A stretch of DNA of 64,000 nucleotides from an uncultured delta proteobacterium. GTDB lineage: Bacteria > Desulfobacterota > Binatia > Binatales > Binataceae. This document shows, piece by piece, positions 29,380-39,018 of this stretch. The position numbers were made by a program, and so were the translations under genes. How positions within the stretch are numbered: position 1 is the stretch's first letter; the number at the start of each line of letters is the position of its first letter. The DNA is taken from the NCBI GenBank assembly GCA_963711565.1, contig CAVQEQ010000004.1, forward strand, positions 1,504,001 to 1,568,000, written 5' to 3'. The notes under the pieces are model-generated. The model made no database searches and was not told the origin of the DNA. It was given only the letters and a program-made list of their open reading frames with translations.

Positions 29380-29441
29380 CGTTTCACCGTCTCGCGTGAT
29401 TACTCACTACACGCATTGTGTATAGTCACTGTGATTACTAC

Positions 29442-29606
29442 TCACGATTCGTCCCCTCCGCCGCGTTCGACGCATTCCCTTTCATACTCCGTCATTGCGT
29501 CCAGCCAATACGACAGCTCCGCAAAGTCCATCCCACTCAGTTCCTGGACTGAGAATCCCGATTGGACGAGTCCTGCGAAGCTCGCTGCGGAGGGCGGTCG
29601 AAATTT
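29442..29606 (-). CDS. -1 frameshift extension of the tail chaperone (gpE+E')
   Basis: Slippery A AAT TTC at 29606-29600; the -1 frame reads RPPSAASFAGLVQSGFSVQELSGMDFAELSYWLDAM...stop 29442. Confidence 0.75.
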   Translation of the reverse strand, partial: KFRPPSAASFAGLVQSGFSVQELSGMDFAELSYWLDAMTEYERECVERGGGDES

Positions 29607-29902
29607 TCGTCAATCACCTCGGCCTGCAACGCCATGACGTCCGCCAGGTCCATCTCGAGCACGTCTTCGTACACGATCTTGTGCCCGTCCACGTGCGTTA
29701 CCTCGGCGATCAACGCAAATACCACCGCGCTGGCGTCCCCTCCCGCCGCTGCCCGCTGAGCGCGCATCAGATCTCGACCAAAGCCCTTCCGTACTTCGGC
29801 ATGCGCGCCCGACGGCAGTTCGAGCGTCCGGGTGTCTTGTTCCTCGTTCGCTTCTGCGCGATCGATTCGTACTCCGTTCACGGTCAGGTCGTCGGTTTTC
29901 AT
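29537..29902 (-). CDS. tail assembly chaperone (gpE/gp41-like)
   Basis: Position after tube; GRDLMRAQR...LIA...EDVLEMDLAD. Confidence 0.75.
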   Translation of the reverse strand: MKTDDLTVNGVRIDRAEANEEQDTRTLELPSGAHAEVRKGFGRDLMRAQRAAAGGDASAVVFALIAEVTHVDGHKIVYEDVLEMDLADVMALQAEVIDENFDRPPQRASQDSSNRDSQSRN

Positions 29903-29942
29903 TAGTTACTGCTCCCGTCTTTCGGCTTCGTACGCAAGTCAC

Positions 29943-30461
29943 TCAACCGCCGAGATTAGATCTGAAGGTACTCAATTGATCGACGCCCCCGACCACGTAG
30001 ATATTGGCGAATACGTCGTACAAGTATATTTGGACTCCAGCGACGTATAGTTCGCAGTGATAGATACTTACTATTGAGGCAGTCTCGACCATCTGATGCT
30101 GGCGGAAGGTGGGACTTCCCGCATCTTTGAATATCCCGGTCATCAGGTAGACAACAGGAAGCTGCGCGGTCCGTCCCTGGCTAGTGTACTGCTCCAGGTT
30201 CCCGCGGGTCTGAAAGGAATGCGTCTGGAAGGGACTGGTCAACATCGTGAGCGTATCGGCATCGAACGACGACCACTTGATTCTCGACTCGAGCTTTTCC
30301 ACCCCGGCCCACAACTCGGCTGTGCCAGCCATACCCAGCCCCTTGTAGTCAATCATCTTGTGCCTGGGATTGGCGATTTGGATCTCTTCTGCCCGTCCCA
30401 GCAGTCCGACACCATCGATGTATATATTCGCATTAGTCAGTGAGTTTATCTGGATATTCAT
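29943..30461 (-). CDS. major tail tube protein (P2 FII-like)
   Basis: NANIYIDG..LLGRAEE, GLGMAG, NIYVVGGVDQL...NLG. Confidence 0.9.
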   Translation of the reverse strand: MNIQINSLTNANIYIDGVGLLGRAEEIQIANPRHKMIDYKGLGMAGTAELWAGVEKLESRIKWSSFDADTLTMLTSPFQTHSFQTRGNLEQYTSQGRTAQLPVVYLMTGIFKDAGSPTFRQHQMVETASIVSIYHCELYVAGVQIYLYDVFANIYVVGGVDQLSTFRSNLGG

Positions 30462-30485
30462 TCTGTTCCCCTGCATCTGCGTGAT

Positions 30486-32027
30486 TTACGACGTCGCACC
30501 CGCCGCTGCGGTTATTGGACTCGTTTGCCCGAGTTGCTGAAGCAGCGTCACATCTATGAACGCCTCAAATGTGATCCTTTCCGCGGGCGGCGGAGGCATC
30601 ACGTCGATGTCAAAGACCAGTTGGCCGGCGGCGATCTGCGTATATGGATTCTCCGCGGGGTCGAAGCTCGCGGCGCCGGCGACCAGCGCGCCGCGCTGGA
30701 TGAGCGATCTGATGAACGCGTTAGCGCTGGCGAGGATTGCCGTGATTAGCGCGTTCGATATCGGCTGGTCGATGAACTGGAGCATCGCGATCTCCAGCGA
30801 TTCCTCGATCACGTCCATCGTGCGGCGCACCGAGATGAAATTGTCCGGCGCGGTTGAGCTCGGATACTCCGCGCTGCGATTGCCCCACACCCGAAGCCCT
30901 GTGCCGAATGCATTGAAGACCGTCACGATTCCCGCCGCGTTCAGATTGTTGGTGTCCGACGACGCGTCGAGAATCGAGGCGTAGAGCTGAACGTCAGGCC
31001 CGAGCATTCCATCGACCTGCGTGTTGGACGGCGACCACCAGTAACCTTGCGCCAGGTCCTTCGCCGCGATCGCGCCGGCCACCCACTGCGAGTATGGCCC
31101 GACCGAGTTCGCATTGAATTGCGACGTCAGCGGCATCCCTGAGGTGTTGAGCGTGACTCCCGTCGGCACGATTCCCGTGTCGTAGAAAGTCTCTTGCGGG
31201 TAGCAGAGAATTGTCCGGTTGCTCGACGTTGCGAACGCATTGCCCGCGACCCCGCGATTGGCTATCGCGGCCGCTGCCGAAGTTGCCGGCGGCGAATCGA
31301 CCAACGCCATCGCGCGAATCGTGTTGGCCAGCGCGTCGAGCGCGGCCGCAACCGCGGCGGCCTGCGAGTAGCCCGGCGCGATTAGTATCTTCGAGAAAAA
31401 CCCCATTGTCCCGTAGGTCGTCTGCAACGCCGGTATCCCGGTATAAACGCCGCTGGTGACTGCACCAATCACGTCGGCGTCCGTTACTTTCGATGGATCG
31501 GCGTAGTTAAATGCGATCAACACAATGGCGCCGGCGGCCATATGTCCTCCGGACGCCGCTGGGACGATAGTCACTACGCCATTGACGGCATCGACCGTAT
31601 AGTCAGTTCCCGCTACATACGTAGTACCGGCGGGATTACTAGTGACTACTACGTTCGACACGCCCATGTGCCCGAGATTGACGGCTCCCTGCGTATTGAA
31701 GGTGAATGCGGTCGCGGCAATCGCCGTAAAATGAACGGCGGGATTAAACACGTTGACGACAATCGCCTGTCCGGCGCCTTGCTCCTGGATTGCCGCGAGT
31801 GCGTATGGAATCGAGTAGCCTTGAACTATCGGCCCGAAGTTCGCCGCGTCGAGGGCCGACGAGACCAGAGTCGGCGTGTTGGGCGCCGGCGCGACCGACG
31901 GCGATTCCACCGCCCAGCTCGGTGCCGTCCCCACCAATCCAATCACCGCCGATTTGACGACCGTGACGGGGACGGGGCCATTAGGTACTTCGATTACTTC
32001 AACTCCGTGCAGAAAACTGGCTGGCAT
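30486..32027 (-). CDS. contractile tail sheath protein
   Basis: FLHGVEVIE, SAVIGLVGTAP, ILIAPG, WWSPSN, RVWGNR, PPPAERITF. Confidence 0.95.
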   Translation of the reverse strand: MPASFLHGVEVIEVPNGPVPVTVVKSAVIGLVGTAPSWAVESPSVAPAPNTPTLVSSALDAANFGPIVQGYSIPYALAAIQEQGAGQAIVVNVFNPAVHFTAIAATAFTFNTQGAVNLGHMGVSNVVVTSNPAGTTYVAGTDYTVDAVNGVVTIVPAASGGHMAAGAIVLIAFNYADPSKVTDADVIGAVTSGVYTGIPALQTTYGTMGFFSKILIAPGYSQAAAVAAALDALANTIRAMALVDSPPATSAAAAIANRGVAGNAFATSSNRTILCYPQETFYDTGIVPTGVTLNTSGMPLTSQFNANSVGPYSQWVAGAIAAKDLAQGYWWSPSNTQVDGMLGPDVQLYASILDASSDTNNLNAAGIVTVFNAFGTGLRVWGNRSAEYPSSTAPDNFISVRRTMDVIEESLEIAMLQFIDQPISNALITAILASANAFIRSLIQRGALVAGAASFDPAENPYTQIAAGQLVFDIDVMPPPPAERITFEAFIDVTLLQQLGQTSPITAAAGATS

Positions 32028-32064
32028 GTATCACCTATAGTCAGTCGGATCGAGTTACTATTTG

Positions 32065-32892
32065 TCAGGCCTGGTTAGTCGGCTCGCTCTGGCCCGCCGC
32101 CGCGATAGCCATTTCGGCGTATGTATATGCGATCTGCACCGTCTCGCCGGCGGATATCGCGCCGCCGGGAATCGCCGTGATGATTCCGTCCGCGCGATCG
32201 ACCGAGAAGTCCGTACCCTGAACCAGCAGCAGGCCGCCGGGAGCCGTGATGCTCACGGCAAACACGTTGCCATGGGGAAGCTGAACCTGCAGGTTCGAGT
32301 TGAACGTGTATGCGGCCGCGCCAATTGTAACGGAAGTCTGCCCGCCTTCTTCGAGCGCGATGCCTTTGATGAACAGCGGGAAATCTTCCGCCGGCGAGGC
32401 TTCGACGGCGACTGTGCTGAACGCGAAGGTTGACGAATACGTCCACACGCCGCCCTGCTTGTCGCGCTTTATGAATTTTTCCCGCAGCGGGTATATCTTG
32501 CGGCAGCCGGGGATCAGATATCCCGTCAGCGCGGTGCGGATGCTCTCGATGATCGCGTACGCGCCGGGACTCGTCCCCGACGGATCTCCACCGACCGCCC
32601 AGCCGAGGTCGCGCATCATGATCGAGACCTCGAACTCGAGCTTGCGTTCCTGAATTATCGCCGCGGTGTCGAGCAGGTCGCCGTACTGCGCGCCCTTGTA
32701 CATTACCAGCGCCGCGCCGACGCGATGCGTCAGGCGCCAGGTCTCGGGACGATCGGGATAGTGCGCGATCTCGATCGAATTGATTTGCGATTGCAGTTGG
32801 CTGACGATCGCGTCTTCGATTGTCGCGATGTCGATCGCGGTCGGCGGCGTGAAGGTCAGGCCATTCCAGGGCGCGTCAAGCATGACAGCCAT
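32065..32892 (-). CDS. Mu gp37-like tail terminator with C-terminal beta-sandwich extension
   Basis: IEDAIV..L, YPDRP, GAALVMYKG, GAYAIIESIRTALTG; position after gp36. Confidence 0.75.
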   Translation of the reverse strand: MAVMLDAPWNGLTFTPPTAIDIATIEDAIVSQLQSQINSIEIAHYPDRPETWRLTHRVGAALVMYKGAQYGDLLDTAAIIQERKLEFEVSIMMRDLGWAVGGDPSGTSPGAYAIIESIRTALTGYLIPGCRKIYPLREKFIKRDKQGGVWTYSSTFAFSTVAVEASPAEDFPLFIKGIALEEGGQTSVTIGAAAYTFNSNLQVQLPHGNVFAVSITAPGGLLLVQGTDFSVDRADGIITAIPGGAISAGETVQIAYTYAEMAIAAAGQSEPTNQA

Positions 32893-32893
32893 C

Positions 32894-33328
32894 TCAGTAG
32901 CCCTTCAACTTTTTGCGGCTGAACACGCGATCCGGCCCCAGGACCTTCTCTTCCGTTTCCGCAATCGGCGGCTCCTGGTTGTCGGCCGACAGGCCGAGGG
33001 TGAGATCGCCGTCCGCGACTTTCGTCAGCATCGCGACTGCATCCTCGTAGCGTTTGCGCGCATCTTCGAGGTCGTGCAGAGGGCGCAGCGACTGCAGGCG
33101 GTACATCGCGATATCAGTAGTCAGACGGTTGAGGACGGCGGGCGGATCTGTCAGCGGCAGCGTGAAGCGTCCTTCGATGTATCCATCGATTTCGGCGGAG
33201 GCGTCGGCCAGGGCCTGCGTGATCGGTGTGTCATTAACCGTCGTCGCCGTGGGATCTTCATTAGTCAGTTGGACCAGATCCCGATTAGGGTATCGATTGA
33301 TCATGTCCTGCGCCGTCGCGTAACTCAC
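32894..33328 (-). CDS. Mu gp36 (DUF1320) head-tail connector
   Basis: SYATAQDM..RY...LVQLT, ASAEIDGYI..RF.LPL, DIAMYRL, RYEDAV..L. Confidence 0.9.
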   Translation of the reverse strand: MSYATAQDMINRYPNRDLVQLTNEDPTATTVNDTPITQALADASAEIDGYIEGRFTLPLTDPPAVLNRLTTDIAMYRLQSLRPLHDLEDARKRYEDAVAMLTKVADGDLTLGLSADNQEPPIAETEEKVLGPDRVFSRKKLKGY

Positions 33329-33499
33329 TGGCCAAACCTCATCGCGTCCGAAGTGGCTATTATACTTTCGGGGCTCTCCGCGGGCGCTGGACACTCGATC
33401 TGCGCCCGCGGAGAGTGGTCGCGCATTCCGGCGGCGCGGGCAGGAGGGGAACCCGCGGTACGCCGGCTCAGGGAAACTGGATTCATCGCCGGGTCGTCC

Positions 33500-34444
33500 T
33501 TACGCCAGGAACTCGCTGACGATAAGGTCCGCGCTGTTGCGCCAGATGTTCGAGGTCGCGACGTTCGCGCTTGCGCCGGTGCCGGCCATGAACTCGGAGT
33601 TCAGCAATTGACGCGCGACTTCTTCCAGCGTCGGCGGCACCAGCAGGTACACGCCGGTACGGCTCGACAACGCGCCAAACGGCTGTCCCGCATCGGTGGT
33701 GAACGATCTCATCGCGGCGCGCGCTGCGCCGTAGTTGGTTGGGTTGCTCAGATCGGTGTTGCTGGCGTACGCCAACTGCCAGAGGCCGACGCCGGTGTTG
33801 GCGCGGCCGTCCACGCCGTAGCGGAACTCGCGGCGGTTGAAGACGGCTTCGTCCGCGACATTAGTCATTCGGGTGACTGCGTATTCGCGGCGCAGCTGAA
33901 AAATGAATGGACGAATCACTCGCGACGCGTCGATCAGGAACCAGTACGCGCCCGAGCCGCTCGAGTTGATATTCGCCGTCGGCGTTCCGCTCTGGCCCAT
34001 CAGGCCGACCGGATGAGTCGCGGAGAAGAACGGCACGCCGTCGAAGCCGACAACGTCGCCGGGATTGGCCACCGCGTCCTTGATCATCGCGAACAGCAGC
34101 ATGTCCGGATGGACCTTGGTGTCCCATCCGAGCTGCTCGATGATCGGCTCGTAGGCGCCGTAGGTGTCGTCTTCGATGTCGTTTCGATCAATAGCCACTG
34201 TGTCTTCGAAGTTCCGATTGACTATTGTGTATTCGTGCGTTTCGAGCGCCTGGATTACTCTGTCGCCCAGCCATTCGCGGAACTTGGTAGTGCGGCCGAG
34301 CCACGGATAGGTAGTCTGGCGCGAGGCCGATCGGACCACGCTGGTGATCTGCTCGTAGTATGACGGCGGCTTCTCGAAGCCGCGCTGGAAGACGACGTCG
34401 AAGCCGGTGAACAATGAGGTCAGATTTGCTGCGCTGATTTCCAT
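33500..34444 (-). CDS. Mu-like major capsid protein gpT
   Basis: YPWLG...REWLGDR, FEDTVAIDRNDIEDD, FDGVPFF...HP, YGVDGR.N.G.GLWQLAY, LLVPPTLE. Confidence 0.93.
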   Translation of the reverse strand: MEISAANLTSLFTGFDVVFQRGFEKPPSYYEQITSVVRSASRQTTYPWLGRTTKFREWLGDRVIQALETHEYTIVNRNFEDTVAIDRNDIEDDTYGAYEPIIEQLGWDTKVHPDMLLFAMIKDAVANPGDVVGFDGVPFFSATHPVGLMGQSGTPTANINSSGSGAYWFLIDASRVIRPFIFQLRREYAVTRMTNVADEAVFNRREFRYGVDGRANTGVGLWQLAYASNTDLSNPTNYGAARAAMRSFTTDAGQPFGALSSRTGVYLLVPPTLEEVARQLLNSEFMAGTGASANVATSNIWRNSADLIVSEFLA

Positions 34445-34485
34445 CTAGATGATCCTTCTTTTCGTTGTTCGCCTGAGCGTCATCG

Positions 34486-34968
34486 TCACGCCGATGCGGT
34501 CGCCTGGTGCCAGAAATCGACCCACACCTGGCCGCTCGGATCGATCGCGACGACAGTTCCGGCCGCCGCGTATTGCTGCACGCTGGCGCCGCTGGCGCGG
34601 TCGGTGGCGGTGACGTTGTTGTCGTCGAGCGCAAAGCAGACGAGGCCGACCTGCGCGACGCCGACCGAGCCGTCGGTCGCGTAGAGGAACACGCCCTTGC
34701 GCGCCGCGATCGAGATTGCGCCGGCGACGCCGGGATTGTTGATCGCGTTCTGGCCAGGGATTCCGTTGCTGACGTATTCCGCGCGGCCGATGACCTTGAG
34801 CGCGTTGGCGACGGTCGTGGTTGCCGAGGCGGGCACGGCGTTGCCGGCCGCGTTCAGCGCGACGATTCCGCCGAGGTAAACATTGGTGTTCGCTTCGACC
34901 GGATACACGCGCATCCTGCCGCCATCGGCCATCTCGGGCGTGTTTCGCGCATTGGTTAGAGCCGCCAT
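34486..34968 (-). CDS. capsid decoration/cement protein
   Basis: MAALT.ARNT...YPV...GRAE...GVF...DDNNV...VWV; lies between protease and capsid. Confidence 0.7.
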   Translation of the reverse strand: MAALTNARNTPEMADGGRMRVYPVEANTNVYLGGIVALNAAGNAVPASATTTVANALKVIGRAEYVSNGIPGQNAINNPGVAGAISIAARKGVFLYATDGSVGVAQVGLVCFALDDNNVTATDRASGASVQQYAAAGTVVAIDPSGQVWVDFWHQATASA

Positions 34969-35023
34969 CTTTTCACCCTTGTTGATGCGCGCCCGCGAGC
35001 TTCACAGCCGCGCGCGGCGCGAG

Positions 35024-36163
35024 TTAGTCCTGGTTATTTCGAATATCGTTGTTGCGGATTTCCGCGTTGCGGAGTTCGGCGTCGGTGCGCTCGAGGCTCA
35101 GGAAGTCAGCGCGTCCGCGCTTGCGGCGGATAAACTCGGAATGCTTGAGGCCGAGCTGCGCGCAGATTGCCAGCTCGGCCGCGTTAAGCGCGCCGCCGCG
35201 GCGGTCGGCATTCGGCTGGCCCCCGAGGCCCAAATTGTCGCCGACGATCGACGGCTGTTTGGCGACGAACGCATTGAAGCCGCGCGCGTCGGCGGCGCAA
35301 TACGCGATCGCCCATTCGCGCTGCGCGGGCACGAGCTTGCCGGCGCGAATCGCGTCTTCCACCGCATGCGCGGCGCGCTCGCGCGCGCGTTCGGCCTTAA
35401 GCGCGTTGAGTTCGGTGAGGGTCCGCTCGAACTCGGCGATCGCTACGTAATGGGCCGGATCGTGCGCATGGACGCCGATTTCCGCCGAAATCGCATCACT
35501 GGCACTTCGCAGCTCGCGCACTTTTGCGACAACGTCGGCAACCGTCGCGTCGCCATCCAGGCCGAGCAGTTCGCGCAATTCTTGAGTTGGAAATTCCATG
35601 CGTTCGTCCTTCGTCTCGGCGGCCGTGGTGCGCGCCGCCGCAATCGCGGTCAGGTGAAGATTTGGATTGTTGGTGAGGCCGGCCCGGAGCAGGCGGGTCA
35701 CGCTGCCGTCTTTCGGATCGAACTGGAACACGGGCGAGACGTAGCGGTACTCGCGCGCGACAATCGAACTCGCGGCGCGCGCGGTCCATTCGACTCGGCC
35801 CCATACTGCGCCGCCGCGCACTTCGAGCTCGCGAATCCATCCGGCGGCGGGCGCGGGACGTCCTGCGGGCGCGCCGAAGTCGGTGGCGTGGTCGTAGTCG
35901 ATCGGGATGCCCGCCGCCATCTGCATCGCGGTCGTGGACGCGATCACCGCGACGGGATCGTCGAGGCGAAAGGGTCCGCGTCCGTCGCGGCCGTAGAACA
36001 CGCCGGCCGGCAGCAGCTCGATCCATTCGGGGGCCGAGGCAGCCGCATCGGCCGGCGACGGTGCGGAGGCGGGCGCACCGGCGGTATCGATCACGAACGA
36101 AGGAATCAGTTTGCCCGCCCGCGTGTCGCTTTCACCGCCGGTGCGTGTAGTGAGGTGTTCCAT
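35024..36163 (-). CDS. Mu gpI-like prohead protease/scaffold
   Basis: WIELLPAG, IPIDYDH, APAAGWI, VEWT, EYRYVSPVF, AGLTNNPNL. Confidence 0.93.
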   Translation of the reverse strand: MEHLTTRTGGESDTRAGKLIPSFVIDTAGAPASAPSPADAAASAPEWIELLPAGVFYGRDGRGPFRLDDPVAVIASTTAMQMAAGIPIDYDHATDFGAPAGRPAPAAGWIRELEVRGGAVWGRVEWTARAASSIVAREYRYVSPVFQFDPKDGSVTRLLRAGLTNNPNLHLTAIAAARTTAAETKDERMEFPTQELRELLGLDGDATVADVVAKVRELRSASDAISAEIGVHAHDPAHYVAIAEFERTLTELNALKAERARERAAHAVEDAIRAGKLVPAQREWAIAYCAADARGFNAFVAKQPSIVGDNLGLGGQPNADRRGGALNAAELAICAQLGLKHSEFIRRKRGRADFLSLERTDAELRNAEIRNNDIRNNQD

Positions 36164-36279
36164 CGAGGCGCATTGTGCATCGGGAAAAGGAGATGCATAA
36201 GGCTGAACAGTTCATCCCTGAACTTTTGTGGCTACAGCGAAGATTATCGCCGCTAATGGGAGGGGATTCGGAGACAAAC

Positions 36280-36393
36280 CGCCTGCGGGGCGGGAAGATG
36301 CGGGGCTCCTCGCCCCGCGCCCTCGGCAGGGGTGACCCCTGCACCCAGTGTAAAGAAATCGCAAAATGGCGAGGACGCCGTTTTGCTCTCAGG
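36280..36393. repeat. three-hairpin dispersed repeat, copy 1
   Basis: GGGAAGATGCGGGGCTCCTCGCCCCGCGCCCTCGGCAGGGGTGACCCCTGCACCCAGTGT, also at ~48603-48730 (inverted) and ~63094-63222. Confidence 0.85.
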
Positions 36394-36455
36394 TTCTTTT
36401 CCTGTGTCATTCAGAGCGAAGCGAAGAATCCGGGCTCTTACCTCTCCCCTCGTTG

Positions 36456-36635
36456 GAGACCTTTGCATGACTGCGGGCCGCGCATCTTCCCGTCTCCCAG
36501 AATGGGAGAGGATCGAAGAGCCTGCCCTGAGCCTGCCGAAGGGTGAGGGTCCTTATACAGCGCGCGTTTTTTCGCGCGCGATTCAAGATTCTGGTTCCTG
36601 CCTGAATGTCTCCACCGAGGTCAGGAAAAGATCTC
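36456..36635. mobile_element. MITE with IS5-type terminal inverted repeats
   Basis: Ends GAGACCTTTGCATGACT and GGTCAGGAAAAGATCTC; internal sequence shared with 37773-39130 and ~57553-57653. Confidence 0.7.
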
Positions 36636-36717
36636 CGGGGGGAGAGGTATAGCAGTTCCATTCCAGGGTTTTGCGCCGGATGACAGAACGAGGGGCGCGC
36701 GGTACAAGTCGCTCACC

Positions 36718-37524
36718 ATGAAGTCCAATGTGCCGGTGATCGAAGTCAGTGCGCTCCGGGTTGAGCGCGAAGCGGTTATCCTCGAGGCGATCGATTGGCG
36801 GGTCGGGCGCGGGGAGCATTGGGCGATTCTTGGGGCCAATGGATCGGGCAAGACTTCGCTGCTGCGGGCGCTCACCGGATATCTGCCGCCGACATCCGGC
36901 GCGATTCGCGTGCTGGGGGAGACTTACGGGCGGTTTGACTGGCGCGAGCTGAGGACGCGGATCGGGCTGGTCAGTTCCAGCGTGCATCAGATGATGGAAG
37001 ACGGGGAGACGGCTCTGAAAGCCGTCGTCAGCGGTCGCTTCGCGCAGATTGGCTACTGGGGCGAGATGCGCGACGAGGACCGGCGCGCTGCCGATGCGAT
37101 ACTGCGGCGAATCGAGGCGCGCGATCTGCGCGAGCGCCCGTGGCGATTTCTCTCGCAGGGCGAGCGTCAGCGCGTGCTGATCGGGCGCGCGCTGATGGCG
37201 TCGCCGCGGCTGCTGATCCTCGACGAGCCGTGCGCCGGACTCGACCCGGTCGCGCGCGAGCATTTTCTGCAATTTATTCAGCGCCTCGCCGGCGCGCGCG
37301 GTGCGCCGACGATGATCCTGGTCACCCATCACGTCGAGGAGATCGTGCCGATTTTTTCGCACGTGCTGGTGCTCAAGGCGGGACGCGTGATTGCGGCAGG
37401 ACCGCGCGCGCAAGTGCTCACGTCGAAGATACTGTCGAGTGCGTTCGCGGCGCCGGTGCGGCTTAGCCGCGCGCGCGGGAGATACTCACTCGCGGTACGG
37501 GCGCATCGCGGGATCGTGATTTGA
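36718..37524 (+). CDS. ABC transporter ATP-binding protein (ModF/YlmA-like)
   Basis: GANGSGKT, LSQGE, ILDEP, VTHH. Confidence 0.9.
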   Translation: MKSNVPVIEVSALRVEREAVILEAIDWRVGRGEHWAILGANGSGKTSLLRALTGYLPPTSGAIRVLGETYGRFDWRELRTRIGLVSSSVHQMMEDGETALKAVVSGRFAQIGYWGEMRDEDRRAADAILRRIEARDLRERPWRFLSQGERQRVLIGRALMASPRLLILDEPCAGLDPVAREHFLQFIQRLAGARGAPTMILVTHHVEEIVPIFSHVLVLKAGRVIAAGPRAQVLTSKILSSAFAAPVRLSRARGRYSLAVRAHRGIVI

Positions 37525-37819
37525 AGGTTGCGATCGCGCGAAGGTTCCCAGCAACCTAACCCCTAACCCCTTCCCGCGCGGGAAGGGGAACTAGAAGAAA
37601 CCTCGAAGCGCGCCTCTGTCCTATCCCCCTGGCCCCCTTTCCGGGGCGGAAAGGGGGGACCAGCATTGGCGGTCCGGGCGCATCGCGGGCTTGTGATTTG
37701 AAGTAACTCTGCTCGATGCCGCCCTCACCGCGCGCGGCGACACCAAGTGTCGCCGCCCTGCCTCTCCCGCAGCAAACCTTTGCATAACTGCGCCGCGCAT
37801 CTTCCCCTCTCCCATTCTG

Positions 37820-39018
37820 GAAACCTTTGCATAACTCGTGCGTCTTTGATCAAATTGATGCAACGGATGCGGCGGAGGAAGGGAAGATGAGTCATCGGAA
37901 GATGGGGCAGTTGAGTTTGGCGGAGAGCATAATCGCGCGGCGCAAGCCCAAGCACTGGCTGCAGGAGGTGTACGAACTGGTGGATTGGGAGCGGCTGGCG
38001 GCGCCCCTGGCGGAGTTGTACGCCGCGCGCGAGGGACGGCCGTCGTATCCGCCGATCGTAATGTTGCGCGCGCTGCTGTTGCAGCAGTGGCATCGGCTGT
38101 CGGACCCGGAGCTGGAAGCGGCGCTGGAGGACCGGATAAGTTTTCGCCAGTTCGCGGGGCTGGCGCTCGATCAGCAGGTACCCGACCATTCGACCATCAG
38201 CCGGTTTCGCGCGCAGTTGGCCGCCCGAGGTTTGGATCAGGCATTGTTCGACGAAATCAGCGCGCAGCTCGAACGTCAGCAGTTGGTGATCAAGCGTGGC
38301 ACCCTGATCGACGCTTCGTTGGTGCGCGCGGCGATCAAGGAGCCGGGCACGGGTGAGCGCGGAGAGCATCTCGGCCAAGGCTCGCGGCTGGACCCTGACG
38401 CGCAATGGACCCGGCGCCAGGGCCAGGGCTCGCACTTCGGTTACAAGGCGCACGTGGCGGTGGACCTCGGCAGCGGTCTCATCCGCAGAGCGCTGTTGAC
38501 CGGGGCCAGGACCAATGACAGTGAGCCGGCCGATCAGCTGATCTGCGGGGACGAGAGTGCGGTGTTCGCCGACAAGGCTTACGACAGCGGACCGCGGCGC
38601 GAACTGTTGCGGCGGTTGGCGATTGCCGACGGCATCATGCGGCGGGCCTGGTGGGGCACCGCGCGCAATCCGGACCCGCAATTGACCGCGCGCAATCAGG
38701 CGCTGGCCCGGGTCCGCTTTCAGGTGGAGCGCGCCTTTGCGGTGATGAAGCTGCATTATCATTACCGGCGAGTGCGCTATCGCGGGCTGCTGCGCAACCG
38801 GGTGCAACTGCTCACCGTGTGCATCGCGATCAACCTCAAACGGGCGCTGGTCCTGAGCACGGCCTGAAGCCATGCGGGTACTGCACCTAACCTTCATCGA
38901 TCACACCCGCCACCAAGTTTTGGCGGACCGCAGATCCACCGCTCCAATCGCTCGCCTCAGTCGAGCCGTCCATGCCACTCTCGTCCCAGCAAAACCACCC
39001 CAGTTACGCAAAGGTCTC
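37820..39018 (+). mobile_element. IS5-family insertion sequence (~1.2 kb)
   Basis: TIRs GAAACCTTTGCATAACT and AGTTACGCAAAGGTCTC (15/17 match) flank the transposase. Confidence 0.9.
37887..38867 (+). CDS. IS5-family DDE transposase
   Basis: GRPSYP, LLQQW..LSD, PDHSTISRFR, IDAS, FGYKAH, ADKAY, R..VER.F. Confidence 0.95.
   Translation: MSHRKMGQLSLAESIIARRKPKHWLQEVYELVDWERLAAPLAELYAAREGRPSYPPIVMLRALLLQQWHRLSDPELEAALEDRISFRQFAGLALDQQVPDHSTISRFRAQLAARGLDQALFDEISAQLERQQLVIKRGTLIDASLVRAAIKEPGTGERGEHLGQGSRLDPDAQWTRRQGQGSHFGYKAHVAVDLGSGLIRRALLTGARTNDSEPADQLICGDESAVFADKAYDSGPRRELLRRLAIADGIMRRAWWGTARNPDPQLTARNQALARVRFQVERAFAVMKLHYHYRRVRYRGLLRNRVQLLTVCIAINLKRALVLSTA

Noticed and set aside
24053-32027. 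Contractile tail genes as T6SS or eCIS/Afp
   Set aside because: No TssJLM, ClpV or Afp15 ATPase; genes are P2/Mu type and linked to capsid, portal and terminase
32780-36256. Long plus-strand ORFs (32780-34363, 34883-36256) and similar antisense ORFs across the window
   Set aside because: Shadow frames of well-supported minus-strand genes in high-GC DNA; no recognisable motifs
37887-38867. Transposase as the phage's MuA
   Set aside because: It is an IS5-family enzyme with its own 17-bp TIRs; it has no MuA domains and no MuB partner
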